Positions 49,160-59,359 are shown, numbered from the whole stretch's first letter. The stretch: 63,629 bases of DNA, filler included, from Candidatus Tectimicrobiota bacterium (GCA_016193065.1; 7 parts of 7 records of this genome joined end to end with filler, not necessarily neighbours in it), one strand, 5' to 3'. Translations and numbers: made by a program. The notes: generated by a model not told the origin, from the letters alone.

Positions 49160-50902
49160 GTGAAAAAGGTCATCGCAAAGGAAGGGGCCGGTTACTGCAT
49201 GGGGGTGCGCAGGGCGATGAACATCGTCCTGGACGCCGCCAACAAAGAAGAGAAATCCGTCACGACCTTTGGACCCATCATCCATAACCCCCAGGCCGTA
49301 GAGATCCTTAATTCCAAAGACGTAAGAGTTGTCAACCAGGTCTCCGAGCTCAAGTCAAACGGCACCGTCATTGTCCGGGCCCATGGAATTGGCCCCGACG
49401 TGCGCCAGGAGCTCAAATCCACAGGGCTTACCATTCGCGATGCCACCTGCCCCCTGGTCAGCAAGGTTCACTCCTCCATCCGGCGCTACCTGAAGCGCGG
49501 GCACCACCTGATCATTGTCGGAGAGGAAAAGCACCCCGAGGTGATTGGGCACCTCGGCTTTGCCCGCGGGCAGGGGAGCGTGATCAGCAGAATCGAAGAC
49601 GTCGAGAAGCTGCCTGATTTCAAAAAGGTCTGCGTCGTTTCCCAAACCACCTTTGACGAGGAGTACTTCCTGCAAATTGCAGACGCCCTAAGAAAACGTT
49701 ATCCGGTCTGCGAGGTGGTCAACACAATATGCTTCGAGACCTTGAACCGCCAGAGGGAGGTCCGGGAGATGGCCCAGAAGGTCGATGCCATGGTGGTCAT
49801 CGGCGGCAAAAACAGCGGCAATACCCGGCGCCTGGCTCAGATTTCCGAGTCTTACGGAATCCCTGCTTTCTTCGTCGAGACCGAGAAAGAGATCAACCTG
49901 GACGAGCTCGAAAAGTTTGAGAGTGTCGGCATCACAGCCGGCGCATCGACACCCAACTGGCTTATCCAGAAAGTCATTGATCACATCGATGCCCTCGAGC
50001 ACCGTCACGAGCCTCTCTGGATGCAGGGGCTGAGGCGAATGACGACCACCCTCTTCCGTCTCAGCTTCTTCGTCGCTCTGGGCGCCGCCCTTCTTACCCA
50101 CGGAGCCGCATTGCTCCAGGGGATCCAACCCAAGCCCGTCTACCCCCTCATAGCCATCCTCTACACACTTTCCATGTTCATCTTAAACCGCTGCCTGGAT
50201 AAGGAGGCGGATAAATTCAACGAGCCCGGCCGCACAGAGTTTTACGAGCGGCACGGGCGGTCCCTGCTGGGAGCCGGCCTGGCCGCCGGCATCACTGCCC
50301 TGGCTCTGGCTTTCCCTCTAGGACCCCTTCCCTTTCTGTGTCTGCTGATCTTTAGCCTGGCGGGGGTTCTCTACAGTGTAAGGCTCATTCCGCCGCGCTG
50401 GCAGGATGTGCTTCACATACGGCGGCCCAAGGATATACCGGCTTCGAAGAGCTTTTTCATTCCGATCGCCTGCGCCGTGGTGATGGTCTTTATCCCCTAT
50501 CTGAGTTCGGATTCCGGAGCACTGCCGGCAACCCTGGCCACGAGTCTTTTCGTCTTCACGGTTGTTTTCCTGCGCACGGCTCTGCTGGACATGAGCGACA
50601 TCGAGCGGGACCGGATCGCAGGCAGCGAAATCCTGACCATGCTCATCGAAAAGCCGGCGACCCTCAGGCTGCTCTGGGGCATGCTCGGGTTCATGGCTGC
50701 CGTCGTCACGGGGCTCGCCCTGGCCGGTTGGTTATCCCTTCTCGCAGTTGCCATGCTGGCGGCTCTGGGATATTCCGCTTTGAGCCTCTACCTTTACCAG
50801 CGCAAGGTGGTTTTCAACGGCCTCACATTTCTCCTCATAGTGGACGGCAACCTGATCGTAGCAGGTCTTCTGGCCTATCTAGGGTCCCTATTGCTGGCCT
50901 AA
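49160..50902 (+). CDS. ispH: IspH (HMBPP reductase) fused to a UbiA-like membrane domain
   Basis: AGYCMGVRRA, IIHNP, DATCP, NTIC..T..RQ, SGNT, TAGASTP; C-terminal TM bundle with N..LD..AD..N and DMSDIERD motifs. Confidence 0.92.
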   Translation: MKKVIAKEGAGYCMGVRRAMNIVLDAANKEEKSVTTFGPIIHNPQAVEILNSKDVRVVNQVSELKSNGTVIVRAHGIGPDVRQELKSTGLTIRDATCPLVSKVHSSIRRYLKRGHHLIIVGEEKHPEVIGHLGFARGQGSVISRIEDVEKLPDFKKVCVVSQTTFDEEYFLQIADALRKRYPVCEVVNTICFETLNRQREVREMAQKVDAMVVIGGKNSGNTRRLAQISESYGIPAFFVETEKEINLDELEKFESVGITAGASTPNWLIQKVIDHIDALEHRHEPLWMQGLRRMTTTLFRLSFFVALGAALLTHGAALLQGIQPKPVYPLIAILYTLSMFILNRCLDKEADKFNEPGRTEFYERHGRSLLGAGLAAGITALALAFPLGPLPFLCLLIFSLAGVLYSVRLIPPRWQDVLHIRRPKDIPASKSFFIPIACAVVMVFIPYLSSDSGALPATLATSLFVFTVVFLRTALLDMSDIERDRIAGSEILTMLIEKPATLRLLWGMLGFMAAVVTGLALAGWLSLLAVAMLAALGYSALSLYLYQRKVVFNGLTFLLIVDGNLIVAGLLAYLGSLLLA

Positions 50903-51025
50903 GAGCTAAAATAGCCTTCAGCTGAACGCTTTCCAGCTTCAGGCTTGATGCCAGCCCGCGCAGGCGTATAATCGTATAATAAGCTCTAACGCTCCCCGTC
51001 CATTACCCCGAAGCGGAGGAATCCA

Positions 51026-51826
51026 ATGCCATACGATACAATCCTCTGGGAAATGAAAAACAACGTGGCTCAGATCACCCTGAACCGGCCGGACCAGCTC
51101 AATGCCCTCAACATCCCCATGTGCCGGGAAGTGATGTCCGCTCTGGAGATCTGCCAGTCGGATCCCCAAGTGCGGTGTGTGACCGTGACGGGGGCCGGGC
51201 GCGCTTTTTGCTTCGGTGGCGACGTGAAGCTCATGCTGGAGTCAGTGCAGAGAGGCGACTCAGAAGGGGAGCGCTTCTTGCGGGAGCTGGTCTTTTACCT
51301 GCACGGCATGATTTCCGCGATCCGGCGTCTGGAAAAACCGGTCGTCGGAGCGGTAAACGGTGTGGCCAGCGGGGCTGGTTTCAGCCTCGCCCTGGCCTGC
51401 GATTTGGTCCTGGCTTCCGACGCGGCGCGATTCAACCAGGCATATGTGAAGATCGGGCTTTCCGTGGACGGCGGATCCAGCTACTTCCTGCCCAGACATC
51501 TGGGTATGAAAAAAGCCGCGGAGCTGTTCTTCACGGGGGATATGATCGACGCGGCCAAGGCTTTCGAGCTGGGCATCGTAAACCGGGTGGTGCCCGCGGA
51601 TGAACTGAACCGAGCCGCATTCGATCTCGCCTCGCGATTGGCGGAGGGCGCAACCCTGGCCATGGGGCGCACCAAAATGCTGCTCAACTCCTGCTTTCAC
51701 GAAAGCCTGGAGAGCCAGATGGAGATCGAGCGGCAACTCATCAGACAGAGCACGCGGAGCCAGGACTTCGCCGAAGGAATCCGTGCCTTTGCCGAGAAGC
51801 GCAGCCCCAAATTCCAGTCCCGTTAG
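51026..51826 (+). CDS. Enoyl-CoA hydratase/isomerase (PaaG-like)
   Basis: ITLNRPD.LNA, AFCFGGD, NG.ASGAG.SLALACD, AF.EKR.PKF. Confidence 0.92.
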   Translation: MPYDTILWEMKNNVAQITLNRPDQLNALNIPMCREVMSALEICQSDPQVRCVTVTGAGRAFCFGGDVKLMLESVQRGDSEGERFLRELVFYLHGMISAIRRLEKPVVGAVNGVASGAGFSLALACDLVLASDAARFNQAYVKIGLSVDGGSSYFLPRHLGMKKAAELFFTGDMIDAAKAFELGIVNRVVPADELNRAAFDLASRLAEGATLAMGRTKMLLNSCFHESLESQMEIERQLIRQSTRSQDFAEGIRAFAEKRSPKFQSR

Positions 51827-52025
51827 CCCCGATCCGGAAAAAGATTCAGGAAGGAGTGCGCAGACTGGCACTCATCCATGACATGGAGGATTCGGTAGTT
51901 AGATTCATAAGCCCGCAAGCGCACAGTGGGACCGCGGGGCATGTGAGGTTATTTGGCTCCTCCCGAGCCTTTCAGGGAGCCTTCGCATTGGTCAAAATTT
52001 CGGATCGGGGTTAGGAGGACAGGCC

Positions 52026-53297
52026 ATGGAGTTAAAGAAACGGCTGGAGCCCTGGGTATTCAAGGTCCCCATCGACAAAATCCGGGCCGGTTATTACACC
52101 GACAAGTACTTCCTCCGGGTAAGCGAGATCCTCGAAAAGGAAAATCACAACCCCCGGGTCATGTACCAGTTTTTTGTCCGGGAGCCGGTGGTGGTGGTGG
52201 GGATCGACGAAGCCATAGCGATCCTCAAATTCTGCACCGGCTACTATTCGGACCGGGAGGCCGCCGATCGCCTCTACAAGCGACTCCGGGAGGTGCAATA
52301 CAACCTCTACCGGCTAACGGACCAGGGGCCCGAGGAGACCATTGCGGGCCTCCACGTGGAGAGGGCCCGGATCCGGCAGGAATTGAACCGGCTCTGGGTG
52401 AACTGCTGGAACCAGATCCGGGTGCGGGCTCTGTTTGACGGAGATCGAGTCGAACCATGGGAGCCCCTCATGATCATCGAGGGCCCCCAGCAATACTTCG
52501 CCTATCTGGAAACCGTCTTGCTCGGGGTCATCGCCCGTCCCACCGCCACTGCCACCGCCACCGCGGAAGTGGTCGGGGCAGCCCAGGGCAAGCCGATCCT
52601 GTTTTTTCCAGCCCGCTTCGACCACTTCTGGGTGCAAGCGACGGACGGGTACGCAGCCATGAAGGCCGGAGCCTTCGGGGTCAGCACGGATGCCAACGCG
52701 GATTACTGGGGAGACGTGGGGGTCGGGACGATCCCCCACTGCCTGATCGCCGCTTACGGCGGCTCCACTGTGGAAGCCTCCCTGGCCTTCGACCGGCAGA
52801 TCGAGGACAGCGTAAACCGGGTCGTTCTGGTGGATTGGGACAACGATTGCATCGGGACCACCCTGCAGGTGATCAACGCCCTTTACGACAAGCATTGGGG
52901 AGTCACCCCGCGGGATCTGAAAAAGGCCGTGGGCCCGGGAAAGCACAAGATCTGGGGGATTCGCTTCGACACTTCCGGGAACCTGCGCGATAAGTCGGTG
53001 GCCCCACACGACGAACACAGTTTGGGAGTCTGTCCGGAGCTCGTGCACAAGGCCCGGGAGGTTTTTGACGCCCACGGGCTTCAGGATCTGAAGATCGTCG
53101 CCTCCGGAGGATTCAACGCCGCCAGGATCGAGCTGTTTGAGAAACTCCAGGTCCCGGTCGATTCCTACGGCGTCGGCTCAAGCTTGCTGCAAAAAAAAAT
53201 CGACGTCACCGCCGATGTGGTGGAGGTGGATGGCAAGCCCTGCGCCAAGGTCGGTCGCAAAAAAGGAGATCTCAGCCGGCTTGCCCCGGTCGATTAG
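52026..53297 (+). CDS. Nicotinate phosphoribosyltransferase-like protein
   Basis: YTDKYF, FFPARFDH, GTIPH, LVD.DND, IRFDTS, ASGGF, YGVGS. Confidence 0.85.
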   Translation: MELKKRLEPWVFKVPIDKIRAGYYTDKYFLRVSEILEKENHNPRVMYQFFVREPVVVVGIDEAIAILKFCTGYYSDREAADRLYKRLREVQYNLYRLTDQGPEETIAGLHVERARIRQELNRLWVNCWNQIRVRALFDGDRVEPWEPLMIIEGPQQYFAYLETVLLGVIARPTATATATAEVVGAAQGKPILFFPARFDHFWVQATDGYAAMKAGAFGVSTDANADYWGDVGVGTIPHCLIAAYGGSTVEASLAFDRQIEDSVNRVVLVDWDNDCIGTTLQVINALYDKHWGVTPRDLKKAVGPGKHKIWGIRFDTSGNLRDKSVAPHDEHSLGVCPELVHKAREVFDAHGLQDLKIVASGGFNAARIELFEKLQVPVDSYGVGSSLLQKKIDVTADVVEVDGKPCAKVGRKKGDLSRLAPVD

Positions 53298-53330
53298 TCC
53301 CCGGACGGTCTAGATCTCTGATCCGAGGTG

Positions 53331-53516
53331 CTAGTGCGGTTCCAACTATCTTGCCCTGAGAGAGCGGCTAACGTGCCGGGCCAAGGAACGAGCATAACGA
53401 GGCGCGAGCCCAGAGCCGACTGAGGCGTACTAAGGAAGTACGCCGCAGGGAGAGCGAGGGATCGCGCCCAGGACGGGCACCCGGAAGTTAGGCGAAGTTC
53501 ATTGGACCGGCACTAG
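53331..53516. mobile_element. MITE-like element copy 2 with a 19-bp micro-element variant at 53465-53483
   Basis: CTAGTGCGGTTCCAA...TTGGACCGGCACTAG; right CTAG contains the Rrf2 gene stop. Confidence 0.82.
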
Positions 53517-53956
53517 GGCTGGGAGAGAAACAGAGGGGAAGGCAAGTCCAGGCGCTGCATCTCCATCAGCCCCGCGATCGTGGTCTTGTCCAGGATATCG
53601 GTGATCTGGCGGTGGATCTCCAACCAGACCGGCTGCAGAGGGCAGTCGGAGCGGCGTACACACAGTTGGGGCTCCACGAGGCACTCGCTTAACCGCATGG
53701 GCCCCTCGATCACCTCCAGGATCTCCCGCACCGTGATCGTTTCCGGAGAACGGGCCAGGGTGAAACCTCCTCTGGCGCCGCGCACAGAACGGATGATGTT
53801 CACTCGGGAGAGCTGCTGGAAAATCTTGGCGAGGAAGCTCTGGGGAATGTCCTGGGAGGTGGCGATCTCGCTCAACAACACCACCTTGCCCGGAGGCTGC
53901 TTGGCCAGGTAGAAGACTCCCAGAATCCCGTACTCTCCCCCCCGGGTCAGTTGCAT
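53513..53956 (-). CDS. Rrf2-family transcriptional regulator with three Cys
   Basis: EIA..QDIP..FL.KI, S.RGARGGF.LAR, C-x6-C-x5-C. Confidence 0.92.
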   Translation of the reverse strand: MQLTRGGEYGILGVFYLAKQPPGKVVLLSEIATSQDIPQSFLAKIFQQLSRVNIIRSVRGARGGFTLARSPETITVREILEVIEGPMRLSECLVEPQLCVRRSDCPLQPVWLEIHRQITDILDKTTIAGLMEMQRLDLPSPLFLSQP

Positions 53957-54080
53957 ATTCCCCCCATACGAAGAAGTCGACAAAGGTGAGGTCTGCCTTC
54001 ATTAATAGCGGACGTGTCCCCCCATGTCAATGGCCTGAGCCCTTCAATAAAGAGCATTCAGCGCGCTTTCCGAAGGCGCG

Positions 54081-54108
54081 TTGACTTGACCCGTCCGGCG
54101 TATATAAT
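54081..54108 (+). promoter_or_regulatory. Candidate sigma70 promoter for dapF
   Basis: TTGACT-16 nt-TATAAT. Confidence 0.65.
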
Positions 54109-54158
54109 GGGGGCAGCGATTCGCGCCGGGATCTTATCCACCCAGAAAGGATCCGCAA

Positions 54159-54989
54159 ATGAAGTTCACGAAAATGCACGGCGCCGGCAACGACTACATT
54201 TTTATCGATTGTCTGCAGGAAAACGTCACGGATCCGGCCAATCTGGCCCGGGCCATGAGTGATCGCCACTTCGGGATCGGCGGAGACGGGATCATTCTCA
54301 TCATGCCAGCGGAGAGCGCCGATTTCCGCATGCGCATCTTCAACGCCGACGGCAGTGAAGCAGAAAATTGCGGCAACGGCATCCGCTGCGTGGCCAAATA
54401 CGTCTACGACCGCGGCTATACCACAAAGACGGCGATCCGGATCGACACTCTGGCGGGCATCTTGCCGATCACCCTGCACGTGAACGGCCGCAAGGTGAAA
54501 GCGGCCACCGTCGATATGGGGTGCCCCCGCCTCGAGCGCCGCGAGATTCCCATGGCGGGTCCGGAAGGGCAAGTCATCGGCGAAGAAATCGAGGCGGACA
54601 AGAAGAAGTTCAAGGTCACCGCCGTCTCCATGGGAAATCCGCACTGCGTGATTTTCGTCGACAAGGTCAATGACTTTGAGGTCGGCTTCTACGGACCCTT
54701 GATCGAGAACCACCCAGTTTTCCCCAGCCGGACCAACGTGGAATTTGTCGAGATTTTAAACCGCAGCGAGGTCTCCCAGCGCACCTGGGAGAGAGGTTCA
54801 GGGGAGACCATGGCCTGCGGCACGGGTGCTTCAGCCACCGCGGTCGCCGGCGTTCTAAACGGCAGGACGGACCGCCGGGTCACCATCCACTTGCGAGGGG
54901 GAGATCTGAACTTGGAATGGGCTGAAGACAACCACGTCTACATGACAGGTCCTGCCGTCGAAGTGTTCAGCGGAGAATGGCTAGGGTGA
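54159..54989 (+). CDS. dapF: Diaminopimelate epimerase
   Basis: FTKMHGAGND, CGNGIRC, MGNPH, ERGSGET.ACGTG. Confidence 0.97.
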   Translation: MKFTKMHGAGNDYIFIDCLQENVTDPANLARAMSDRHFGIGGDGIILIMPAESADFRMRIFNADGSEAENCGNGIRCVAKYVYDRGYTTKTAIRIDTLAGILPITLHVNGRKVKAATVDMGCPRLERREIPMAGPEGQVIGEEIEADKKKFKVTAVSMGNPHCVIFVDKVNDFEVGFYGPLIENHPVFPSRTNVEFVEILNRSEVSQRTWERGSGETMACGTGASATAVAGVLNGRTDRRVTIHLRGGDLNLEWAEDNHVYMTGPAVEVFSGEWLG

Positions 54990-55726
54990 AGGATAATTCT
55001 GTCGATTTCCTTACCCCCCACTACAATCGGGACCTACCGCTTCTCTTGCCCCGCTTCGACGAGATGCGGGATATCGTTGTCCAGATGATCCCCTACGACC
55101 GGGACTTCCCCCTCACCTTCCTCGACCTGGGAGCCGGCAGCGGCAGCCTCACAGCGGCGATTCTCGAGCAGTACCCCAACTCAAAGGCGATCTGCGTGGC
55201 CCCATCCGAGCAGGCTCTGACCTGCGCCCGGGAATGCCTGGCCCCCTTTCCAGAGCGCGTCAACTATCACACAGAAGACCTGAACGACTACGAAGCCCTG
55301 GAGTCGATCCACGATCCCCTTCACCTGGCCATCTCGATCCTGGTGCTCCACCAACTCCCTCACCCCCGCAAACGGTCTCTGTTTGCCGAGATCTTCGTCA
55401 AGCTGGCCCTCGGGGGAGCCCTGATCGTTGCGGACGAGATCCTGTCCCCTTCCGATCACCTGCAGCGCTTCTATTACAAACGCTGGGACCTCCACGTCCA
55501 GGAGCAACTGAAGGCGGGGCGGCTGTCGGCGGAAACGGAGAGCCGGTGGGGGGAGTTTGTGCGGGAAAACCTCGGTGAGTCAAGCTTTCCCGCCCAGCCA
55601 GGCAGCCACCATCGCGCCGGTATGGGAATCCAGATGAAGTGGCTGGTGGAGCTGGGTTACCGGGAAGTCGACTGCTACTGGAAATACCATCACTGGTCCA
55701 TCTTCGGCGGTTTCAGGACGGCGTGA
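54977..55726 (+). CDS. Class I SAM-dependent methyltransferase
   Basis: LDLGAGSG motif I, L..GG.LIVAD, VDCYWK. Confidence 0.82.
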   Translation: MARVKDNSVDFLTPHYNRDLPLLLPRFDEMRDIVVQMIPYDRDFPLTFLDLGAGSGSLTAAILEQYPNSKAICVAPSEQALTCARECLAPFPERVNYHTEDLNDYEALESIHDPLHLAISILVLHQLPHPRKRSLFAEIFVKLALGGALIVADEILSPSDHLQRFYYKRWDLHVQEQLKAGRLSAETESRWGEFVRENLGESSFPAQPGSHHRAGMGIQMKWLVELGYREVDCYWKYHHWSIFGGFRTA

Positions 55727-55733
55727 GGAAGCG

Positions 55734-57725
55734 ATGAGAACCTACCGGCTCCGCCACGATCCGGGCTCTCCCCCGCTCTCCCCGACCATCGACTACGGCG
55801 CGGCCCTCAACGAGAGCCAGATGAAAGCGGTGGAGACCCTGGAAGGCCCGGTGCTGGTGGTGGCAGGAGCCGGGACGGGGAAGACCCGCACCCTCGTCTA
55901 CCGGGTGGCCCGCCTCGTGGACCGCGGGATACCCCCCGAGCAGATCCTCCTGCTGACCTTCACCCGCAGGGCCGCGGAAGAGATGCTGCGCCGGGCCAGC
56001 GCTCTTATCGACGGCCGCTGTGACCGTGTCCAGGGGGGGACCTTTCACTCGGTCGCCTACCTGATCCTGAGGAAGTACGGCCAACTTCTCGGTTACCCTC
56101 CTGCGTTCACGATCATGGACCGCAGCGACGCGGAGGACGTCATCCAGCTCCTGCGCGGGCGCCTGGGTTTGAGCGACAAGGAAAAGAGATTCCCCCGCAA
56201 GACGACTCTGGCGGACATGCTGAGCAAATCCGTGAACCGGCAAGAACCACTGGAGTCCACCCTGAACCGCGAATACCCCCATTTTTTCCACTACCTCGAC
56301 GACCTGGTCCGGCTCCAGGAAGAATACACCTCCTTCAAGAGGGAGAAGGCTCTGCTGGATTACGATGATCTCCTGGTCCAATTGACGGAGCTGCTGAGCC
56401 GGCATGAAGACGTGCGGGAGAGGCTCTCCCAGAGGTACCGCTACATTTTGGTGGATGAATACCAGGACACGAACAAGATCCAGTCTGCGATCATCCGGCT
56501 TCTTGCCTTCCATCACGACAACGTCATGGTCGTGGGGGACGACGCCCAGAGCATCTACTCCTTCCGGGGCGCGAACTTCCGCAACATCATGGACTTCCCG
56601 CAGCACTTTCCGGGGACCCGGATCATCCCCCTGGAGGAAAACTACCGCAGCACCCCCGCCATCCTGGAGTTCACCAACGCCGTCATCGAGGGCGCCCGGG
56701 AAAAATACACGAAGCATCTCTTCAGCCGCAAGCCGCACGGGGAGCGCCCGGCCCTGGTGCAGACCCGGGAGGAAAGAGAGCAGTCCCGGTTCGTCTGCCA
56801 AAAAGTTCTCGAGCTCCGCGAGGAAGGAGTGCCCCTGGGGGATATGGCCGTTCTGTTCCGCTCCAGTTTCCATTCCTTCGACCTGGAGATCGAACTGGGA
56901 CACCGGAGCATCCCTTTCGTCAAACGGGGAGGGCTGCAGTTCATCGAGACCTCCCACGTCAAAGACACCATGGCTCATCTCCGGGTCCTGCTGAACCCCG
57001 CGGATTCCGTAAGCTGGCACCGCATCCTTCAGCTCATCGAGGGGATCGGCCCCCGCCATTGTCTGGCCATCACCGACAGGATCCAGCAAACCCCGGAGGA
57101 TCCGGTCTCCTCTCTGCGCTCCTATCCGGCTCCGACCCGCTCCCGGGCCGGCCTCTCCCGGCTGTGCGATCTCTTGAGCGATCTCTGGAGGAACTCCTCT
57201 CCGCCCAGCGAGCTCCTCTCCCTTCTCCTCTACTACTACGAGCCGATCCTGCAGGAAAAATTCGATAACTTTCCCAAAAGGGCCAGGGACCTGGAACACC
57301 TCGTAGCCATGAGCCAGCGCTACCGGACACTGGAGGCGTTCCTGGCCGATGTGGCTCTCGAGCCACCCACCGAGAGTGTCTCCGGCATGACTCCTGAAGA
57401 CCAGGATGACGAGAAGCTCATCCTCTCGACGATCCACTCGGCCAAGGGGCTCGAGTGGCATACGGTCTTCATCCTGTGGGCCGTGGACGGAAAATTCCCC
57501 TCTCCCCACTCCCTGCATCGGGAGGAAGACCTGGAAGAGGAGAGGCGTCTCATGTACGTGGCCTCAACGCGGGCCAGCCGGAACCTGTTTATCCTTTTCC
57601 CCCTGCACATGTACGATCATGCCTTCGGCCACACCCTGGCCCAGCCCTCTGTTTTCCTGCGGGAGCTGCCCAGCGATCTGGTCGATTTCTGGACCACACA
57701 AGATGACGACAGCTCTATACTCTGA
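55734..57725 (+). CDS. UvrD/PcrA/Rep-family helicase
   Basis: AGAGTGKT, VDEYQD, VGDDAQSIY.FRGA, ENYRST, TIHSAKGLE, EERRLMYVA.TRA. Confidence 0.95.
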   Translation: MRTYRLRHDPGSPPLSPTIDYGAALNESQMKAVETLEGPVLVVAGAGTGKTRTLVYRVARLVDRGIPPEQILLLTFTRRAAEEMLRRASALIDGRCDRVQGGTFHSVAYLILRKYGQLLGYPPAFTIMDRSDAEDVIQLLRGRLGLSDKEKRFPRKTTLADMLSKSVNRQEPLESTLNREYPHFFHYLDDLVRLQEEYTSFKREKALLDYDDLLVQLTELLSRHEDVRERLSQRYRYILVDEYQDTNKIQSAIIRLLAFHHDNVMVVGDDAQSIYSFRGANFRNIMDFPQHFPGTRIIPLEENYRSTPAILEFTNAVIEGAREKYTKHLFSRKPHGERPALVQTREEREQSRFVCQKVLELREEGVPLGDMAVLFRSSFHSFDLEIELGHRSIPFVKRGGLQFIETSHVKDTMAHLRVLLNPADSVSWHRILQLIEGIGPRHCLAITDRIQQTPEDPVSSLRSYPAPTRSRAGLSRLCDLLSDLWRNSSPPSELLSLLLYYYEPILQEKFDNFPKRARDLEHLVAMSQRYRTLEAFLADVALEPPTESVSGMTPEDQDDEKLILSTIHSAKGLEWHTVFILWAVDGKFPSPHSLHREEDLEEERRLMYVASTRASRNLFILFPLHMYDHAFGHTLAQPSVFLRELPSDLVDFWTTQDDDSSIL

Positions 57726-57741
57726 GCCGGAGTAGAATTCC

Positions 57742-58419
57742 ATGACCGGAACCCTCGTCAATGTGGTCGCCGTCCTGGTGGGCAGCAGCGTGGGGATGGC
57801 GATCGGAAAGCGGATCCCCGAAGGGCTCAAGAAAGGCATTATTTCCGGCCTGGGGCTGGCCACGCTCCTGATCGGCATTCAGATGGCGCTGAAAACCGGC
57901 AACATCCTGATCCCCATCGCCAGCATCGTTCTGGGCGGCCTGGTTGGAGAACTTCTGCAAATCGAAACCTTCCTGGAGCAACTGGCGGAGCGGCTGCGCG
58001 GCTACAGCCGCTCGGGGTCCAGCACGTTTGTAACCGGATTCATCACCGCGAGCCTGGTTTTCTGCGTGGGTTCCATGACCATCGTGGGCTCTCTCCAGGA
58101 AGGGATCAACGGGGATTCCACGCTGTTAATTACAAAGTCCCTCATGGACGGCACTGCCTCCATCGCCTTTGCCTCCACCCTGGGGATCGGAGTTGCCTTC
58201 TCCGCTCTCACCGTCCTCATCGTACAGGGCTCGCTCACCCTCCTGGGACAGAATCTGGCCTTCCTTCTCAGCGGATCCCTGCTCAACGAGATGACCGCCG
58301 CCGGAGGACTCATGATCATCGGCATCGGCTTCCTGCTCCTGGACATCAAGAAGCTGAAGATCGCCAACTTTCTCCCGGCTCTGATCATTGCCCCGGCCCT
58401 GGCCTGGCTTTTCCCCTGA
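57742..58419 (+). CDS. DUF554 membrane protein
   Basis: GTLVN, FITASLVFCVG.M, KS.MDG, ANFLP. Confidence 0.92.
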   Translation: MTGTLVNVVAVLVGSSVGMAIGKRIPEGLKKGIISGLGLATLLIGIQMALKTGNILIPIASIVLGGLVGELLQIETFLEQLAERLRGYSRSGSSTFVTGFITASLVFCVGSMTIVGSLQEGINGDSTLLITKSLMDGTASIAFASTLGIGVAFSALTVLIVQGSLTLLGQNLAFLLSGSLLNEMTAAGGLMIIGIGFLLLDIKKLKIANFLPALIIAPALAWLFP

Positions 58420-58490
58420 GAGCCATCAGCGATCAGCTTTCAGCAATCAGATCTCCCGATCCCTCTCCCCCCCGAGACTGTGTCATAAAT

Positions 58491-58523
58491 CCGTTCATGG
58501 TTCGACAGGCTCACCACGAACGG
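58491..58523. repeat. REP-like hairpin, empty copy
   Basis: CCGTTCATGGTTCGACAGGCTCACCACGAACGG at the contig end. Confidence 0.8.
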
Positions 58524-58528
58524 ACAAG

Positions 58529-58628
58529 NNNNNNNNNNNNNNNNNNNNNNNNNNNNNNNNNNNNNNNNNNNNTTAATTAATTAANNNNNNNNNNNNNNNN
58601 NNNNNNNNNNNNNNNNNNNNNNNNNNNN
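58529..58628. other. Artificial contig linker
   Basis: N run + TTAATTAATTAA + N run. Confidence 0.99.
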
Positions 58629-58663
58629 CGGGCGGCCTGGGATCCGCGTGCGGGATCGAGGTC

Positions 58664-59161
58664 TTACTTGGGCCTCATCGCAGGCGATGAGGCGCTCAGA
58701 CTACACTGCACTTCCCCCGACAAATCGTCTCCCGACACCACCTCTTTGGTCTTTTCGTCCACGTATGCGACAAATTCCCAGAGCACGCGGCAAAACATGT
58801 CCTCTCTTCGAATGACGTAGGAGGTGGACCCCCGTCCATCCGCGTCATACCGAAGATCGGCGCGCCAGCCTTTGCGATACATCTCCCCACTCTCGGACGC
58901 AGACAACAGCGTTTGCGGAGCCGGCTGTACATTCGCCCCGATCAGCGACCATCGGGTCTTGAACACGACTTCGCACCCCCGGTAGGGCTTGCCGTCGAAC
59001 TCAAACGTGGCCGGCCGCGTCTCGTTCTGAATGTGCTTGTAAATGGGGAGGGCACGGCGGAATTCCTCGCATACCTCCGGCGGGGGATCGGCCGCCCACG
59101 CCGGCACTGCGAAGAGTGTTAACAAAACCAGGAGAACTGGTACGCATTTCACCCGGTGCAC
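58664..59161 (-). CDS. Hypothetical exported protein
   Basis: Signal peptide ending AWA, four Cys in the mature part, GW..D..Y.ADG motif. Confidence 0.65.
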   Translation of the reverse strand: MHRVKCVPVLLVLLTLFAVPAWAADPPPEVCEEFRRALPIYKHIQNETRPATFEFDGKPYRGCEVVFKTRWSLIGANVQPAPQTLLSASESGEMYRKGWRADLRYDADGRGSTSYVIRREDMFCRVLWEFVAYVDEKTKEVVSGDDLSGEVQCSLSASSPAMRPK

Positions 59162-59359
59162 TCCGTGGCCTGCCTGGGATTCGACAGGCCTGTCGAATCC
59201 CCTAAACGCAGCAGTGTACCGCAGCCTGACAGCTTTACGGCTATTGAGCGAGCAGGAAAGAAATCCTACATACCGGGAAAGGACTGGTCAATCAGAAAAA
59301 GCCTCTCCAAGGACCGGGCGATCCTCAGCGACTGGCGACAGACTGCGTCCACAAGCCAC

